Notes under the pieces: model-generated
Databases searched by the model: none
What the model was told of the DNA's origin: nothing
Seen by the model: only the letters and a program-made list of their open reading frames with translations
Part shown: positions 1-9,850 of the stretch, piece after piece
Position numbering within the stretch: position 1 is the first letter of the stretch
How the letters are laid out: each line of letters starts with the position of its first letter
Made by a program: the position numbers and the translations under genes
IMG/VR virus record: IMGVR_UViG_3300025418_000339
Span: 1 to 36,442 of that record
Source: a virus
Lineage: Duplodnaviria > Caudoviricetes
DNA length: 36,442 nucleotides
Strand: one strand, 5' to 3'

Positions 1-763
1 CGACTGCGAGGTTAGTGACTGTGCCTGAACCCGTAGCGGCTAGGAGATCGCCCTTAGCGGTGACTGTAGAGGACTGGATCGCGTTAGCAATATTGAATGT
101 ACCTGTTGATATGACTGTGGCTATATCGCCCGCTACAAGGGCTGTAAGCCCCGTTACGGTGCTTCCATTAGAAGCTGTGTAGTCAACGCCACGCTCTAGG
201 AGAACGCCGTTGATATAAACCATTTCCTGCCCTGCTGTGTAAGCAAGCGATGTGGAGAAATCATCTGTACCGGATAGCGATGTTTCTCCACCTGCCGCAG
301 CCTTACGCCATTGGGTCATAGTGCCAGCATTTGTAGTCCACTTAACGCCAGCAGTCTGAGATGAGTCAGCAACTAGGAATGAGTTATTTGCTCCCACTCC
401 AACGCGAGCCATAGCGCCAGCGCCTGTTGCGGCAAGAATGTCACCCTTGGTTGTAGGGAGATTGATTAGGTTATTAGCCTCATCAAAATCAATTGCTGTT
501 GGAGATGGGTAAATGATCGCACCGGCAAGGTGGGAAGTGGCTGTAGTTCCATCGTAGCCACGGGTGGTGATTGTTACTGTGCTTCCGCTACGGGAAGTAG
601 CAAGCATCTTTTCTTCGCCAGCGAGTCCTGGATCAATAACAAGGGAGAAAGTGCCAGTAGGCCAGCCAGTTGTACTGGTCAGCGTAAGGCTAGTAGAAGA
701 ATTGGTAATGTTCGATGTGATAGTTGTAGGGGCTGCTGCACCCTGATATTCACGACGACCCAT
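1..763 (-). CDS. Tail fibre protein, N-terminal part (runs off the window's left end; not in ORF track)
   Basis: Manual translation from ATG at 763 (MGRREYQGAAAPTTITSN...) is open to position 1. It is Gly/Thr/Ala-rich with two KGD(I/L)LAATG repeats and a VYINGVLL..GVDYTA motif, and lies directly after the nozzle gene. Confidence 0.85.
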   Translation of the reverse strand, partial: MGRREYQGAAAPTTITSNITNSSTSLTLTSTTGWPTGTFSLVIDPGLAGEEKMLATSRSGSTVTITTRGYDGTTATSHLAGAIIYPSPTAIDFDEANNLINLPTTKGDILAATGAGAMARVGVGANNSFLVADSSQTAGVKWTTNAGTMTQWRKAAAGGETSLSGTDDFSTSLAYTAGQEMVYINGVLLERGVDYTASNGSTVTGLTALVAGDIATVISTGTFNIANAIQSSTVTAKGDLLAATGSGTVTNLAV

Positions 764-766
764 TTA

Positions 767-2656
767 TTAACCTACTATCTCTCTAAGTTGGGCATAGAAA
801 ACGCCACGGACTTTGCCATAAATGTCCACCGCATCGGGCAACCATTGGTAATCATACATGATTACCTGATAAACATTGTCGGCTACCTGCAAGGAAACAA
901 TATTCTGATTCTGATGTAAGCCAAAAAGGAACTGAAGTTCGGCATCTGAATCCTGCGCCCAGTCTTTATCCCCAAGGGTTACGGTTGGATAGATCAAAAG
1001 AGGAACATTCCATTGAGCGCTTCTAACTGGCTTTGGGTAGGCTCTTAAAATCCAACGGGTAAGAACTGGGGTATGTGTTCCATCTGAAATTAGCTTAATA
1101 ACAATTTGGAAGTTTTCGCCAGCCAACTGTCCTGCGGAAAATGGGTATGGCCCCGATACGCTTCCAGGAACATCAGAAGTTCCAATGATATTTGCATCTG
1201 AAGGAACGATATAAGCATCGTTTTTATCAGCAACAATTCCCACTTCGATACTTCCCTGCAATGGCTCATGCTTAATATCGACAAACATGGCAATTTTAGG
1301 ATCTGAAATTCCATAGGCAATAACGCCACTAATAAAAGTTCCATCAGGAACTGGAACGCTTGCTTCACCAACTAGACCAAATCCATCAACAGTAAAGTAA
1401 CGCTTATTGTTATAGGTAACTACAGAACGGACATTTCCCAAAACGCCAACTCTTGCACCGGCAACAGTATCAAAAGACATAAGATCCGAAGCATAAGCAG
1501 GGACAAGATTAGAAGTAAATGTGGTCAGATCCATGCGACCCAAGCCGCTTGTATAACCGTTGTAATTAGAATTTCCATACCAAACAAAATGATCTTGGGC
1601 TTCAAAACAATAAACAGGAGCATCTGTTGAAATGATTCCACCGATAGTCAAAGAACCATCTGAATTAACTGAACAGAATCGAACACCTTTATCTGAGCCA
1701 ATCATTATGTAACCAAGATAAGCAGAAATAGAACGAACAATTTCCCCATCAGGGAGTTCTGCTGCGACTGTAGGTACAGCAAGAGCTGTGCCATCAGGAA
1801 GTACTGCTGTGCGGTAGATAAGGGACTTATCGCCAGCATAACCTGCTGCATAAATTTGAGATTGACCGCCACAAATATCTACCCAAGTAAAGTTACGGGA
1901 AGAAAGATCGAGAAGGGCTGAAGGTAAAGCACCACTAGTAGTTACATTATAAAGTTTTCCACCGCCAGCAACCATAAGGCGTGATTTTGTAAAACGAACA
2001 AGGCTGGCTGTTCCAGTAGCGTAACTACTTACCGTAGTGCCACCAACAGTTCCTGAATAAATACCATTGCTGCCGTGGGCTGTATAAATAGTATTACCGT
2101 CAGTATCAATAGATACTGGATTACCAGTAGCACCTGTTGCGGTAAGCCATGTTGCCAAAGTCCCTGAAGAATACTTAATAGCGCTTCCATCAAGAAGGTA
2201 AATATAAGTACCTGCTGCAACACATTGAAGTCCAGTATTGCTACTTGCATAAACTTTAGTTGTGTCGTTAAGAAGTTTTAATTGCCAAGGAGTCCAAGGA
2301 TCAATTCCAAGCCCATCATGGTAGCGACGGATCTCTGAAGTAGCTCGGTCAAGATAAGTCTGACCTTCTCCATATAGCCAAGTGTCTTGAGATCTACGCC
2401 AAAACTGCTCAGGAGAAATTGATTGCTCACCTGGAATATTAGAGTTGTCTGCTTGCTGACGAAGCAAGGGAAGAGACTCGCGCTTAAACTTTGCTCCCCA
2501 TACACCAATAGAATCTTTATCCCATTGAACGCCGTAATAGTGTCCACCCAAACCAACAGGGAACGGATAGGGAACTAAATCTGAAGAAGAAGTACCGGCA
2601 AATAAAGCGGGAGATGGATCGTATAAGGGGGTATCAAATGTCTCTAGTTCAGCCAT
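767..2656 (-). CDS. Tail nozzle / tail tubular protein B-like (probable beta-propeller)
   Basis: 629 aa, rich in short beta-strand patterns; lies between the adaptor-like gene and the tail fibre as in podoviruses. Confidence 0.6.
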   Translation of the reverse strand: MAELETFDTPLYDPSPALFAGTSSSDLVPYPFPVGLGGHYYGVQWDKDSIGVWGAKFKRESLPLLRQQADNSNIPGEQSISPEQFWRRSQDTWLYGEGQTYLDRATSEIRRYHDGLGIDPWTPWQLKLLNDTTKVYASSNTGLQCVAAGTYIYLLDGSAIKYSSGTLATWLTATGATGNPVSIDTDGNTIYTAHGSNGIYSGTVGGTTVSSYATGTASLVRFTKSRLMVAGGGKLYNVTTSGALPSALLDLSSRNFTWVDICGGQSQIYAAGYAGDKSLIYRTAVLPDGTALAVPTVAAELPDGEIVRSISAYLGYIMIGSDKGVRFCSVNSDGSLTIGGIISTDAPVYCFEAQDHFVWYGNSNYNGYTSGLGRMDLTTFTSNLVPAYASDLMSFDTVAGARVGVLGNVRSVVTYNNKRYFTVDGFGLVGEASVPVPDGTFISGVIAYGISDPKIAMFVDIKHEPLQGSIEVGIVADKNDAYIVPSDANIIGTSDVPGSVSGPYPFSAGQLAGENFQIVIKLISDGTHTPVLTRWILRAYPKPVRSAQWNVPLLIYPTVTLGDKDWAQDSDAELQFLFGLHQNQNIVSLQVADNVYQVIMYDYQWLPDAVDIYGKVRGVFYAQLREIVG

Positions 2657-2658
2657 TG

Positions 2659-3549
2659 CTACGCCTTAAAGGTTGGGTAGAGTGCTTCTAGTCTTGCAGC
2701 TTCTGCTGAAATACGATTAGCGCGAAGTTGCTGCAATCCACGGGCAGATTGTAGAACTGCTCCTGGTGGAGTTTCACTAGCACGACGAGTATCTCCCTGA
2801 CCTTCTGTAAAGTTACGCTTGATCTCTCGACCTTCCATCAAACGAATTGCAGCACCTAGTGGTGGCAGATCATAAGCAGATGGAAGCAAGCCAGTAGAAG
2901 ATACATTAGCAAGGTAAGTGCTAGGCATAATAAAGTTAGAACGATAAACAACGCGAACATTGTAACCAGGATAAGCAGGTTCAAACATCTGCAATGAAAG
3001 TCCTGATGGGAACTGGGAAGCATTGGCATTACGGTTCAAGCGCCATCCTGTTGTGTGGATGCGTGGGTTATCAAGTTGCGGTCCAGGAGTTAGATACTTA
3101 ACTTCATAAATAGACTGAAGGTTGTCACCAATAGAACCAAGATCATAACCGTTAAGTGTTGCGTTGTAGGTTAGATCAACCGTCTGAATTCCAAATAAAC
3201 CATTAGCAGGAGATGAAAGGTCCCCAAGGTCATTTGCTAGTTGCTTCCAAATTTCATCACCAGTAAAGCGTGGAGATACACGAACAAGAGTTCCTGCTGG
3301 AACGCTAAGATCGGTAGAAGAATCTTCTCCTGCTTGAACTGTTGCTTGCTGACCGCTTACTGACCATACATAAAAAGTATTTGTGCCAATAGAAAGGCGA
3401 GCGCCTGGGCGAATACCAGCCATGTCGTACTGAAAAACAAGAAGACCACTACCTGCTGTGTAATCCTGAGCAAGTTTATTTCTGTTCTCAGCATAACCAC
3501 TCATTAGGTATGAGCGAGTTTGAGCGATCCAGTCTTGTCCTGTTGTCAT
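2659..3549 (-). CDS. Head-tail adaptor / tail tubular protein A-like
   Basis: 296 aa ORF downstream of the capsid gene, coupled to its neighbours; function inferred from position. Confidence 0.5.
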   Translation of the reverse strand: MTTGQDWIAQTRSYLMSGYAENRNKLAQDYTAGSGLLVFQYDMAGIRPGARLSIGTNTFYVWSVSGQQATVQAGEDSSTDLSVPAGTLVRVSPRFTGDEIWKQLANDLGDLSSPANGLFGIQTVDLTYNATLNGYDLGSIGDNLQSIYEVKYLTPGPQLDNPRIHTTGWRLNRNANASQFPSGLSLQMFEPAYPGYNVRVVYRSNFIMPSTYLANVSSTGLLPSAYDLPPLGAAIRLMEGREIKRNFTEGQGDTRRASETPPGAVLQSARGLQQLRANRISAEAARLEALYPTFKA

Positions 3550-3986
3550 AGATTTACCGGTTTCGTATCAGGGGTGTAAACACTTTTGCCTGTAATAGAT
3601 TCAATAGCGCTAACCGCAGTTTCAATTTTCTTTGCTTGACCAGGGAGTACCTGACCTGATTCAACTTCAAAACGAGTTTCTGCTTTTGCCTCAATATGAG
3701 CTGCACCGTCAATAGTTTTAGGTTGTAACCCCTGTTGACGCAAACGCTTATACGCTGGCATATCTTTTTCCCAACGCTTCTCACGGGCTTCAACTGCTTG
3801 AGATCCAGGGTGACGGGTAGGCATAGTTCCAACACCAAAGCCAATAGAGCGAACTGCATCTAGCGAGAATGATCCTTCATCAACAGAAAGATGCTCGTCA
3901 CAAAGTTTGCAAATATAAGTTTTTTCTACGCTTCCATCTTTTAGCGTTACAAAAGTCATCTTGCGGTTCTGATGGCTACAAGTCAT
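3546..3986 (-). CDS. Hypothetical protein with N-terminal Zn-ribbon-like C/H pattern
   Basis: Start moved to ATG 3986 (MTCSHQ..., CKLC) after a GAAAGGG RBS; stop overlaps the next start (ATGA). Confidence 0.7.
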   Translation of the reverse strand: MTCSHQNRKMTFVTLKDGSVEKTYICKLCDEHLSVDEGSFSLDAVRSIGFGVGTMPTRHPGSQAVEAREKRWEKDMPAYKRLRQQGLQPKTIDGAAHIEAKAETRFEVESGQVLPGQAKKIETAVSAIESITGKSVYTPDTKPVNL

Positions 3987-3999
3987 TACGCTCCCTTTC

Positions 4000-4320
4000 T
4001 CACCCGACAATGTTATCACCGTAACCTGCTTGGGTAAGGATGCGCTTTTCTTCATCATTAATGGTGTAAATATGTCCACCATAAAAAACTTTTTTAACGC
4101 CAGGAGTTACGCTGATTTGGTTGCCATCAGCATCTGTAACTGTGCGTTCAATCCACAAAGGGGGTTGAATTTCTGTTACTTCATTAAAAGTATTGATCCA
4201 CACATTAATACCGCGTGGGATAGACGGCTTGAAATAAGCAAATGGGCGTTGCTGTTCTTTAGGGACATTAGGAGTAACAACAGGAACGAGAACGCGTGAA
4301 GGGGGTTCAAAGGTTGCCAT
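4000..4320 (-). CDS. Hypothetical virion-associated protein
   Basis: 106 aa ORF with AGGAG RBS right after the capsid terminator. Confidence 0.7.
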   Translation of the reverse strand: MATFEPPSRVLVPVVTPNVPKEQQRPFAYFKPSIPRGINVWINTFNEVTEIQPPLWIERTVTDADGNQISVTPGVKKVFYGGHIYTINDEEKRILTQAGYGDNIVG

Positions 4321-4337
4321 TGTTACTCCTAACGATA

Positions 4338-4380
4338 AAGCGGGGGATGAGGCGAGAAAGGTATAAGCGCCTCACCCCCC
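4338..4380 (-). terminator. Probable intrinsic terminator after the major capsid gene
   Basis: Minus strand GGGGGTGAGGCG...CGCCTCATCCCCC stem followed by a short GCTTT tract. Confidence 0.6.
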
Positions 4381-4388
4381 TAACTTAA

Positions 4389-5576
4389 TTACTGACCGAT
4401 TGAAGAACCTGATTCAATGCGGTACAAAGCAGCCTGACGGAATACAGCGTATCCGACAAAATGCTTCCAGCCAATACCTGTGAAACGACGCAATGTGTCG
4501 ATAACAGGTACATCAACGATCTGAGCTTGCTCGCCATAACCGCCACCAGTTGAGAACGCCTTAGCAAGAGCCTGACGACCCATGACAAGAGTTCCGTACA
4601 CATCGACTGCAGCAACTGCAAGTGTCAATGAAGTTCCTGGGTTAACACCAGTAAGACCAGCAACAGAAACTGTAAGAGTTGTTGTTGATGGAACAGTTAC
4701 AACTGTGAACTGAGCATTGAAGCCAGTCTGATCTGTTGAACCTGTACCTGATGTAGATGTAGCACCTGAGATGGTGAGAGTATCGCCAACAGAAAGACCG
4801 TGAGCAGCAGAAGTTGTAAGTGTTGCAACACCTGAAGATACAGCGATTGTTGAGATTGTGTATGACTGTGTAGCTCCATCAGAAAAGAATGGTGCGCGTG
4901 GTGTTTCCATGAACTGTACGCCCTGGAAGTTACCGATTACACCATTGTAGATACCTGAAGGATCTGAATAGACATGAGGATCTGACCAGTTAGTTCCACC
5001 AGTAGCGCCACGGAAATCGTATGAAGCATCAGGGTGGATAAGACCCTTGTACATACCATTGAATGTAGCAACATTCTGCTTGCGGAGCTTAGCAACAGCC
5101 TTACGAACATCGTTACCTGCAAGGGTATCGGTCTTAGCAAGAGTTGCGCGTGAGGTCTTTGAACCAGCATAGCCGACCTGTGTACCCTGACCAGCAGCAT
5201 TACGAGCAATACCGTCTGTTGAGATACCAGCGTTCCAACCAACTACATTTGCAGCGATTGGGTTAACTTCCATGAACGCTGTAGCGCCGAGCTTAGAAGT
5301 AAGCTGAACTGCGTTACCGTATTCAAGAGGTGTAACGACAACATAAGAATCTGACATAGCAACAGGAGTTGTGTCTGAAGATTCGTTAAGTGCTGTTGTT
5401 GCTTCAGCAAGATCTGAAGCGATTGTGAACTGTACAGATACGCCACGGTTTGTAGCGTTTGTTGACTGAACCTCTACTAGAGCATCGTAATAAAGCTCTG
5501 GGCGAAGTGCGTAGTATGCAAGCATCTCATACGCGGCCTTCGAGAGATCCAGCGACGAGGTGGTTGTTAATGCCAT
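4389..5576 (-). CDS. Major capsid protein (N4-gp56-like, HK97 fold) with internal inserted domain
   Basis: 395 aa after the scaffold gene; EYGNAV, LIHPD, GVIGNFQGVQFMETP and C-terminal GWK..GYAVFRQAALYRIES patterns typical of this MCP family. Confidence 0.85.
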   Translation of the reverse strand: MALTTTSSLDLSKAAYEMLAYYALRPELYYDALVEVQSTNATNRGVSVQFTIASDLAEATTALNESSDTTPVAMSDSYVVVTPLEYGNAVQLTSKLGATAFMEVNPIAANVVGWNAGISTDGIARNAAGQGTQVGYAGSKTSRATLAKTDTLAGNDVRKAVAKLRKQNVATFNGMYKGLIHPDASYDFRGATGGTNWSDPHVYSDPSGIYNGVIGNFQGVQFMETPRAPFFSDGATQSYTISTIAVSSGVATLTTSAAHGLSVGDTLTISGATSTSGTGSTDQTGFNAQFTVVTVPSTTTLTVSVAGLTGVNPGTSLTLAVAAVDVYGTLVMGRQALAKAFSTGGGYGEQAQIVDVPVIDTLRRFTGIGWKHFVGYAVFRQAALYRIESGSSIGQ

Positions 5577-5607
5577 TTATTTCTCTTTTCGCTAGAAGTA
5601 GGACAGG

Positions 5608-6114
5608 CTAAATCTTGAACATTTCGCCTGGTTGTTCATGCGAGATAGTGATGTTGTTTTCACGAAGAATCTTCATAATCTCAGAAGGATCCGCAGCGTT
5701 ACGAATAGCATCTAGTGCTGTAGGAGAAACAACTCCTGTAGAACCTGCTGCAGCCTGTGAAACGCGATCCAACGCATCAAGATCATTCTTGACCTCAGAA
5801 GTCTGAGATGTTGCGATCAAACCGTATTCAGTTGCTGCTGCCTTAATTGCTTCTACAGAAATCTCTCCGTCGTATGCCTTGGCAAACAACTTTCCTGTTG
5901 GAGACTCAACATCTACGCCTGACTTAATTAGAGCTAGTTCGCGCTTTGCGGCTTCTGCCTCGCGTTGGGCATCTTCTGCCTGGCGCTTTGCAGCCTTGCC
6001 TTCCTTCGCTTCCTGCTCTAACTTTCGTACAAACTGACGAGAATCCCTAGCGGGTTCGTTGGTTTCTTCTGGTGAGTTATCTAGTTCTTGATCTTCAAAA
6101 TCATATTCGCTCAT
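5608..6114 (-). CDS. Capsid scaffolding protein
   Basis: Acidic N-terminus (MSEYDFEDQE) then a coiled coil; immediately upstream of the MCP. Start taken at ATG 6114. Confidence 0.7.
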   Translation of the reverse strand: MSEYDFEDQELDNSPEETNEPARDSRQFVRKLEQEAKEGKAAKRQAEDAQREAEAAKRELALIKSGVDVESPTGKLFAKAYDGEISVEAIKAAATEYGLIATSQTSEVKNDLDALDRVSQAAAGSTGVVSPTALDAIRNAADPSEIMKILRENNITISHEQPGEMFKI

Positions 6115-6333
6115 TGCATTTTCCATTTCCGTGTCGCGCACCTACTAGGAATAGTGGTACGGCGGGGCTGATTAAAGGGGCTGGCTCGGAAGCCAAAGAC
6201 CGACACCACGAAGCCATTCGCGGGGCGACCTTCATCAAGTCTCAACAGGTCTCAGGCAAACGACTTGGAGATTGCCAACAATTACTCGGACCTTCTAGAC
6301 GAAAGCGTACAGAATGTCTAAGCACTAAGCAAC
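6115..6333 (-). promoter_or_regulatory. Structured non-coding leader upstream of scaffold/capsid genes
   Basis: About 220 nt intergenic region with several stems on the minus strand (GGCAA/TTGCC, CCGCGAA/TTCGTGG, TGGCT/AGCCA). Confidence 0.4.
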
Positions 6334-7611
6334 TTAGGCTGTGGCGTTACCCTTACCAAGACCAGTAATACCTGTAGCGTTAGAAGCAACTGCCCCACCC
6401 TGATTAAACTCGTTGACACGGGCTTGCTGAAGTTTCTTAACTGCCAAAGTATCTTGAGAATTTAATCCAAATTGAGCATTGATAAGTTGCTGGTTAGTCA
6501 CGCTACCAGTTGTATCCCCAGGAAGCGCTTGGGCAAACTGACCTTCTTGACCAAGGGTATTAAATCCTGCCTGTGCCTGAGCCTGATTAACACCAGCATT
6601 AGCAAGTTGTTGTGCTTGGGTGGTGCTGAGTTCGCCATTAGATGCTAGACCACCATTAAATCCAGCCTGAAGAGCTGCTCCACCGATCTGCATAGCCTTA
6701 GCCTGTTGCTGAATAACCTGTGTTGATGCTGCTGGATCCAAAGCCCAAGCAGCAAGACTTCCGGCATTAAGTCCGTAAGTATCTTGAGCATATTTAATAA
6801 TGTTTGGATCCAAAGAATTTACAGAATCCTGTGCTGCTTGTAAGCGCATTTGCAAATCAGGAGCTGTGACATTGTTTGAAATCAATTTCCCAAGGTAGGC
6901 AGTTGTATCAAAAATTCCAGCAGGAATGTTGTATTGCTTAAGAAGTTCAATATCTGCTTTTTCTTTATTGATGTAATCTGCTTCAGTAATACGCTGTCCT
7001 CGAGCAGCCAAAGCAGCCATTCCTGGAAAACGATTTGCATAATCTTGGCTATTGCGAATGTCGTTAATAATTTGTGCTGCGGGAACGCCAGCCTTAAGTT
7101 GGTTATAAGCATTATTGGCAAGAGTATTTAAACCAGCCTGTGTGAGAATATCAGAAATAGAGTTAATCGCAGAAGTATCTGCTGCATTAACCTGTGATTG
7201 ACCTTGAACAAGTTTGACGGATGTGCCATCAGACATTGGTTGGTAATACCAGCCATCAGATCCAAGAATGGCTTGTCCTACTGCTGTAGCAGTTGTACTT
7301 CCCGTGCCAGTACCGCCAGTACCTGAACCGCTACCAGCCCCTGCGCCACCCGCAACTACGGGATTTTTATAAAGAATTGGGTTTCCATCAGGTCCAAGAG
7401 TTTGACCATAATGTGTTCCTGCAGGAGCAGGATGCGCTTGAGCGTAAGCGGAAATAGTGTTAGCAATTTTTTGATTTGTTGAAAGAGGCGCAACTGGTGT
7501 TGAGGCATAATTGATTGCTGCTGCCTGATCTGCTGCACTTGGCGTATATGTAGAAGTTGGGGTAGCAACGCTTCCGTCATCAATTAAAGCTCGACCTGTA
7601 TAGATAGCCAT
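6334..7611 (-). CDS. Putative internal virion (ejection) protein
   Basis: 425 aa, Ala/Gln/Gly-rich, helical-looking C-terminal part; lies between portal and scaffold. Confidence 0.5.
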   Translation of the reverse strand: MAIYTGRALIDDGSVATPTSTYTPSAADQAAAINYASTPVAPLSTNQKIANTISAYAQAHPAPAGTHYGQTLGPDGNPILYKNPVVAGGAGAGSGSGTGGTGTGSTTATAVGQAILGSDGWYYQPMSDGTSVKLVQGQSQVNAADTSAINSISDILTQAGLNTLANNAYNQLKAGVPAAQIINDIRNSQDYANRFPGMAALAARGQRITEADYINKEKADIELLKQYNIPAGIFDTTAYLGKLISNNVTAPDLQMRLQAAQDSVNSLDPNIIKYAQDTYGLNAGSLAAWALDPAASTQVIQQQAKAMQIGGAALQAGFNGGLASNGELSTTQAQQLANAGVNQAQAQAGFNTLGQEGQFAQALPGDTTGSVTNQQLINAQFGLNSQDTLAVKKLQQARVNEFNQGGAVASNATGITGLGKGNATA

Positions 7612-7619
7612 ATTTCTCC

Positions 7620-8684
7620 CTAGAATCCGAACATTTGCTTGATTTGAGAAGCAAGGTTAGCGGCATCATTTTTTGCTGCATTTGTATAATCATATCCATA
7701 CTGCGGATCAGTCTTGATCTTATTCATAACATCAGACATATTGGCTTGAGTTGAAAGACCAGGCTTTGCTGGATCTGTCTTAACAAGAAGTCCCTGCCAT
7801 TTTGGATCTTGCCAATTTACTTGATCGGGAGAAATATCTAAAGTATTGGCAATGGTTGTAGCAAATGGCTGAAGGTAAGTCTTTGGAGCGATACCGGCAT
7901 CAATTGCTGCGCTCATCCATGGGAAAAGGCTTTTAGCCTGATCTTTAGCGTACTGAGTAAAGATCTGTTCAGCATTACCACCAAGGGCAGGGTTCTGATT
8001 ACCAGGGGCAATAATGCCTTTAATAAAGGTTTCCATTTGTGCTGGATCTTTAGGAAGCGGAATACCATAGTTGCTTGCAATTGCAGCCATATCGCTAATG
8101 GTTTTACCAATAGTTCCACCAGGAATTTTGGCAGTTGGATCATAATGGTACTGAGCAGTTAATGCTGCTTTGATTTGATCTGTAGTAGTCCAGCCGTTGA
8201 CATAGGCATCTTCTGCAACTTTGTTTAAAGATTCTGCTGGAAGATTTAACCCAAGTTCGTTGGCAACTGGGGTTACTGCTGAATCAAGGGTATTCTTAAC
8301 ATTTTGATTGTAAGTTCCTACATCAGAAATCTTTTGAGCCATGGCATCTCGAACCGCTTTGCCATGTGTGCCAAACCAACTTTCTTCAGGCTTAACTTCG
8401 ACAACATTTCCGCTTGCATCAACAGCATGGGTTTTAATGTAATCGGTATAAGCCTGACCCTGAAGTGCTGTTCCATTTTTACCTGCTGTAAGGGCAGATT
8501 TAAGAACTGGACCAATAGAAGGGTCGTTGTACCAAGCAGCAATAGAACCAAAATTACTATTTAAGAAATCTTGAGTTGCTTGGTCAAAATTAACATTGGT
8601 CGCTGTTTTAGCAACTTGAGTAGAAGATACTGTTCCACCTGAAGGAACTTTTGCTTTAGGTGAGTGGATAACTGTTTGTGCCAT
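7620..8684 (-). CDS. Putative internal virion protein
   Basis: 354 aa ORF translationally coupled within the structural block. Confidence 0.45.
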   Translation of the reverse strand: MAQTVIHSPKAKVPSGGTVSSTQVAKTATNVNFDQATQDFLNSNFGSIAAWYNDPSIGPVLKSALTAGKNGTALQGQAYTDYIKTHAVDASGNVVEVKPEESWFGTHGKAVRDAMAQKISDVGTYNQNVKNTLDSAVTPVANELGLNLPAESLNKVAEDAYVNGWTTTDQIKAALTAQYHYDPTAKIPGGTIGKTISDMAAIASNYGIPLPKDPAQMETFIKGIIAPGNQNPALGGNAEQIFTQYAKDQAKSLFPWMSAAIDAGIAPKTYLQPFATTIANTLDISPDQVNWQDPKWQGLLVKTDPAKPGLSTQANMSDVMNKIKTDPQYGYDYTNAAKNDAANLASQIKQMFGF

Positions 8685-9850
8685 TATGCGCCCTTCAACA
8701 TTGACATGAACTGACTAAGACCATCGGCTGCAGCTTGAGCTGATGCTTCGGTTGGATTCTGCTGAGCAGCATAGTTAGCCGCAGCAATGCTTGCTGTAGG
8801 TGGTGCTTCAACCGCATTGATTCCAGGCTGAGTGCTTTTAATTGGCTTAGAAGCTGTTTGACCTGTTTGTTCAAATTGAATTGGATTGGCAGGTGCATTA
8901 AATGCTGCTGCTTTCTTAGCATCAACTTTAGCGTTACCATATGAAAGAACAAGATCTTGATATTTCTTGGCAAAATCTGCTGCTTCTTCAGGAGATGCTG
9001 AACGACCAAGAGTTGTCGCAAATGCTGTTTGCGCTGCAGAAGTTAGATCTGCCTGAGCAGGAACGCTGACTACGGGAGTTGTAGTCTGAGTGCTGTTGAT
9101 AGTGCTAAAAGATACGCCACTCTTTTTGGCATTTGTCGCGGTTGTGTTAAGGAATCCAGCAACGCTCATTTGATTGCTAGGCATAGTGGTATTTACATTG
9201 TGAAGGGTAGTAATAAAACTACGAACTGCAGTTACATCTTGGTTAGTCCAGTTAAGGCGAAGATCTTTGGCTGTATATCCCGGAATGGTGTTTTTGAGAA
9301 TATCTCGGATGCCACCCCAATTTTTGTTATTGGTTGCAGCCATAGCATTGATCGCTTGATAAATCTGATCTCCGGTCATCTGACCATTTTTAGGAGTGTT
9401 AGGAAGCCCAAGCCCAGTTACATCGTATGAAGCCTTTGCTGCTGCAGCCCAGTTGGAATCGGTTGTTCCACCGCTACCTGGCAATGTAGGAAAACTTGAA
9501 CCAAGGTTATCAACAGCAGAATTACCAGTTTTAACTGATGGCTTTGTTGCTGAAGGGCTTGCGCTTGGAGTTGGGATTGAAGATTTTTGTGAATTTCCGT
9601 TACTTGTTTTATTTGGAATTACATCTCCTGAAGATTTACCTGAAACGGAAGCATTTATTTGACCAACCCAATTATTATTTTTTAATGTATAAGTTGGAGA
9701 ATTGGATTTAATTATTCCGTTTTCTTGATAAATTGCTGTTTTGGATTTTCCATCATCAACAATAATCCAACCAGTTGCACTAGGTGCTTTTTGGTCTCCA
9801 GCATCAATTGCCTTTTTAGGATCAAAAGGTGGGATTTTTGAAGTAGCCAT
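8684..9850 (-). CDS. Putative internal virion protein
   Basis: 388 aa, Ser/Thr/Ala-rich, TAATG-coupled to neighbours. Confidence 0.45.
   Translation of the reverse strand: MATSKIPPFDPKKAIDAGDQKAPSATGWIIVDDGKSKTAIYQENGIIKSNSPTYTLKNNNWVGQINASVSGKSSGDVIPNKTSNGNSQKSSIPTPSASPSATKPSVKTGNSAVDNLGSSFPTLPGSGGTTDSNWAAAAKASYDVTGLGLPNTPKNGQMTGDQIYQAINAMAATNNKNWGGIRDILKNTIPGYTAKDLRLNWTNQDVTAVRSFITTLHNVNTTMPSNQMSVAGFLNTTATNAKKSGVSFSTINSTQTTTPVVSVPAQADLTSAAQTAFATTLGRSASPEEAADFAKKYQDLVLSYGNAKVDAKKAAAFNAPANPIQFEQTGQTASKPIKSTQPGINAVEAPPTASIAAANYAAQQNPTEASAQAAADGLSQFMSMLKGA

Noticed and set aside
1-763. Diversity-generating retroelement targeting the tail fibre
   Set aside because: No reverse transcriptase or template/variable repeat pair is visible, and the fibre C-terminus is outside the window.
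530-919. Plus-strand ORFs 530-919 and 564-746, and similar short antisense or off-frame ORFs across the window
   Set aside because: They shadow longer, coupled, motif-bearing genes and lack RBSs.
6200-6290. Hammerhead or HDV-like ribozyme in the capsid leader
   Set aside because: TTGATGA is not the CUGAUGA core, and I could not assemble the required helices by eye.
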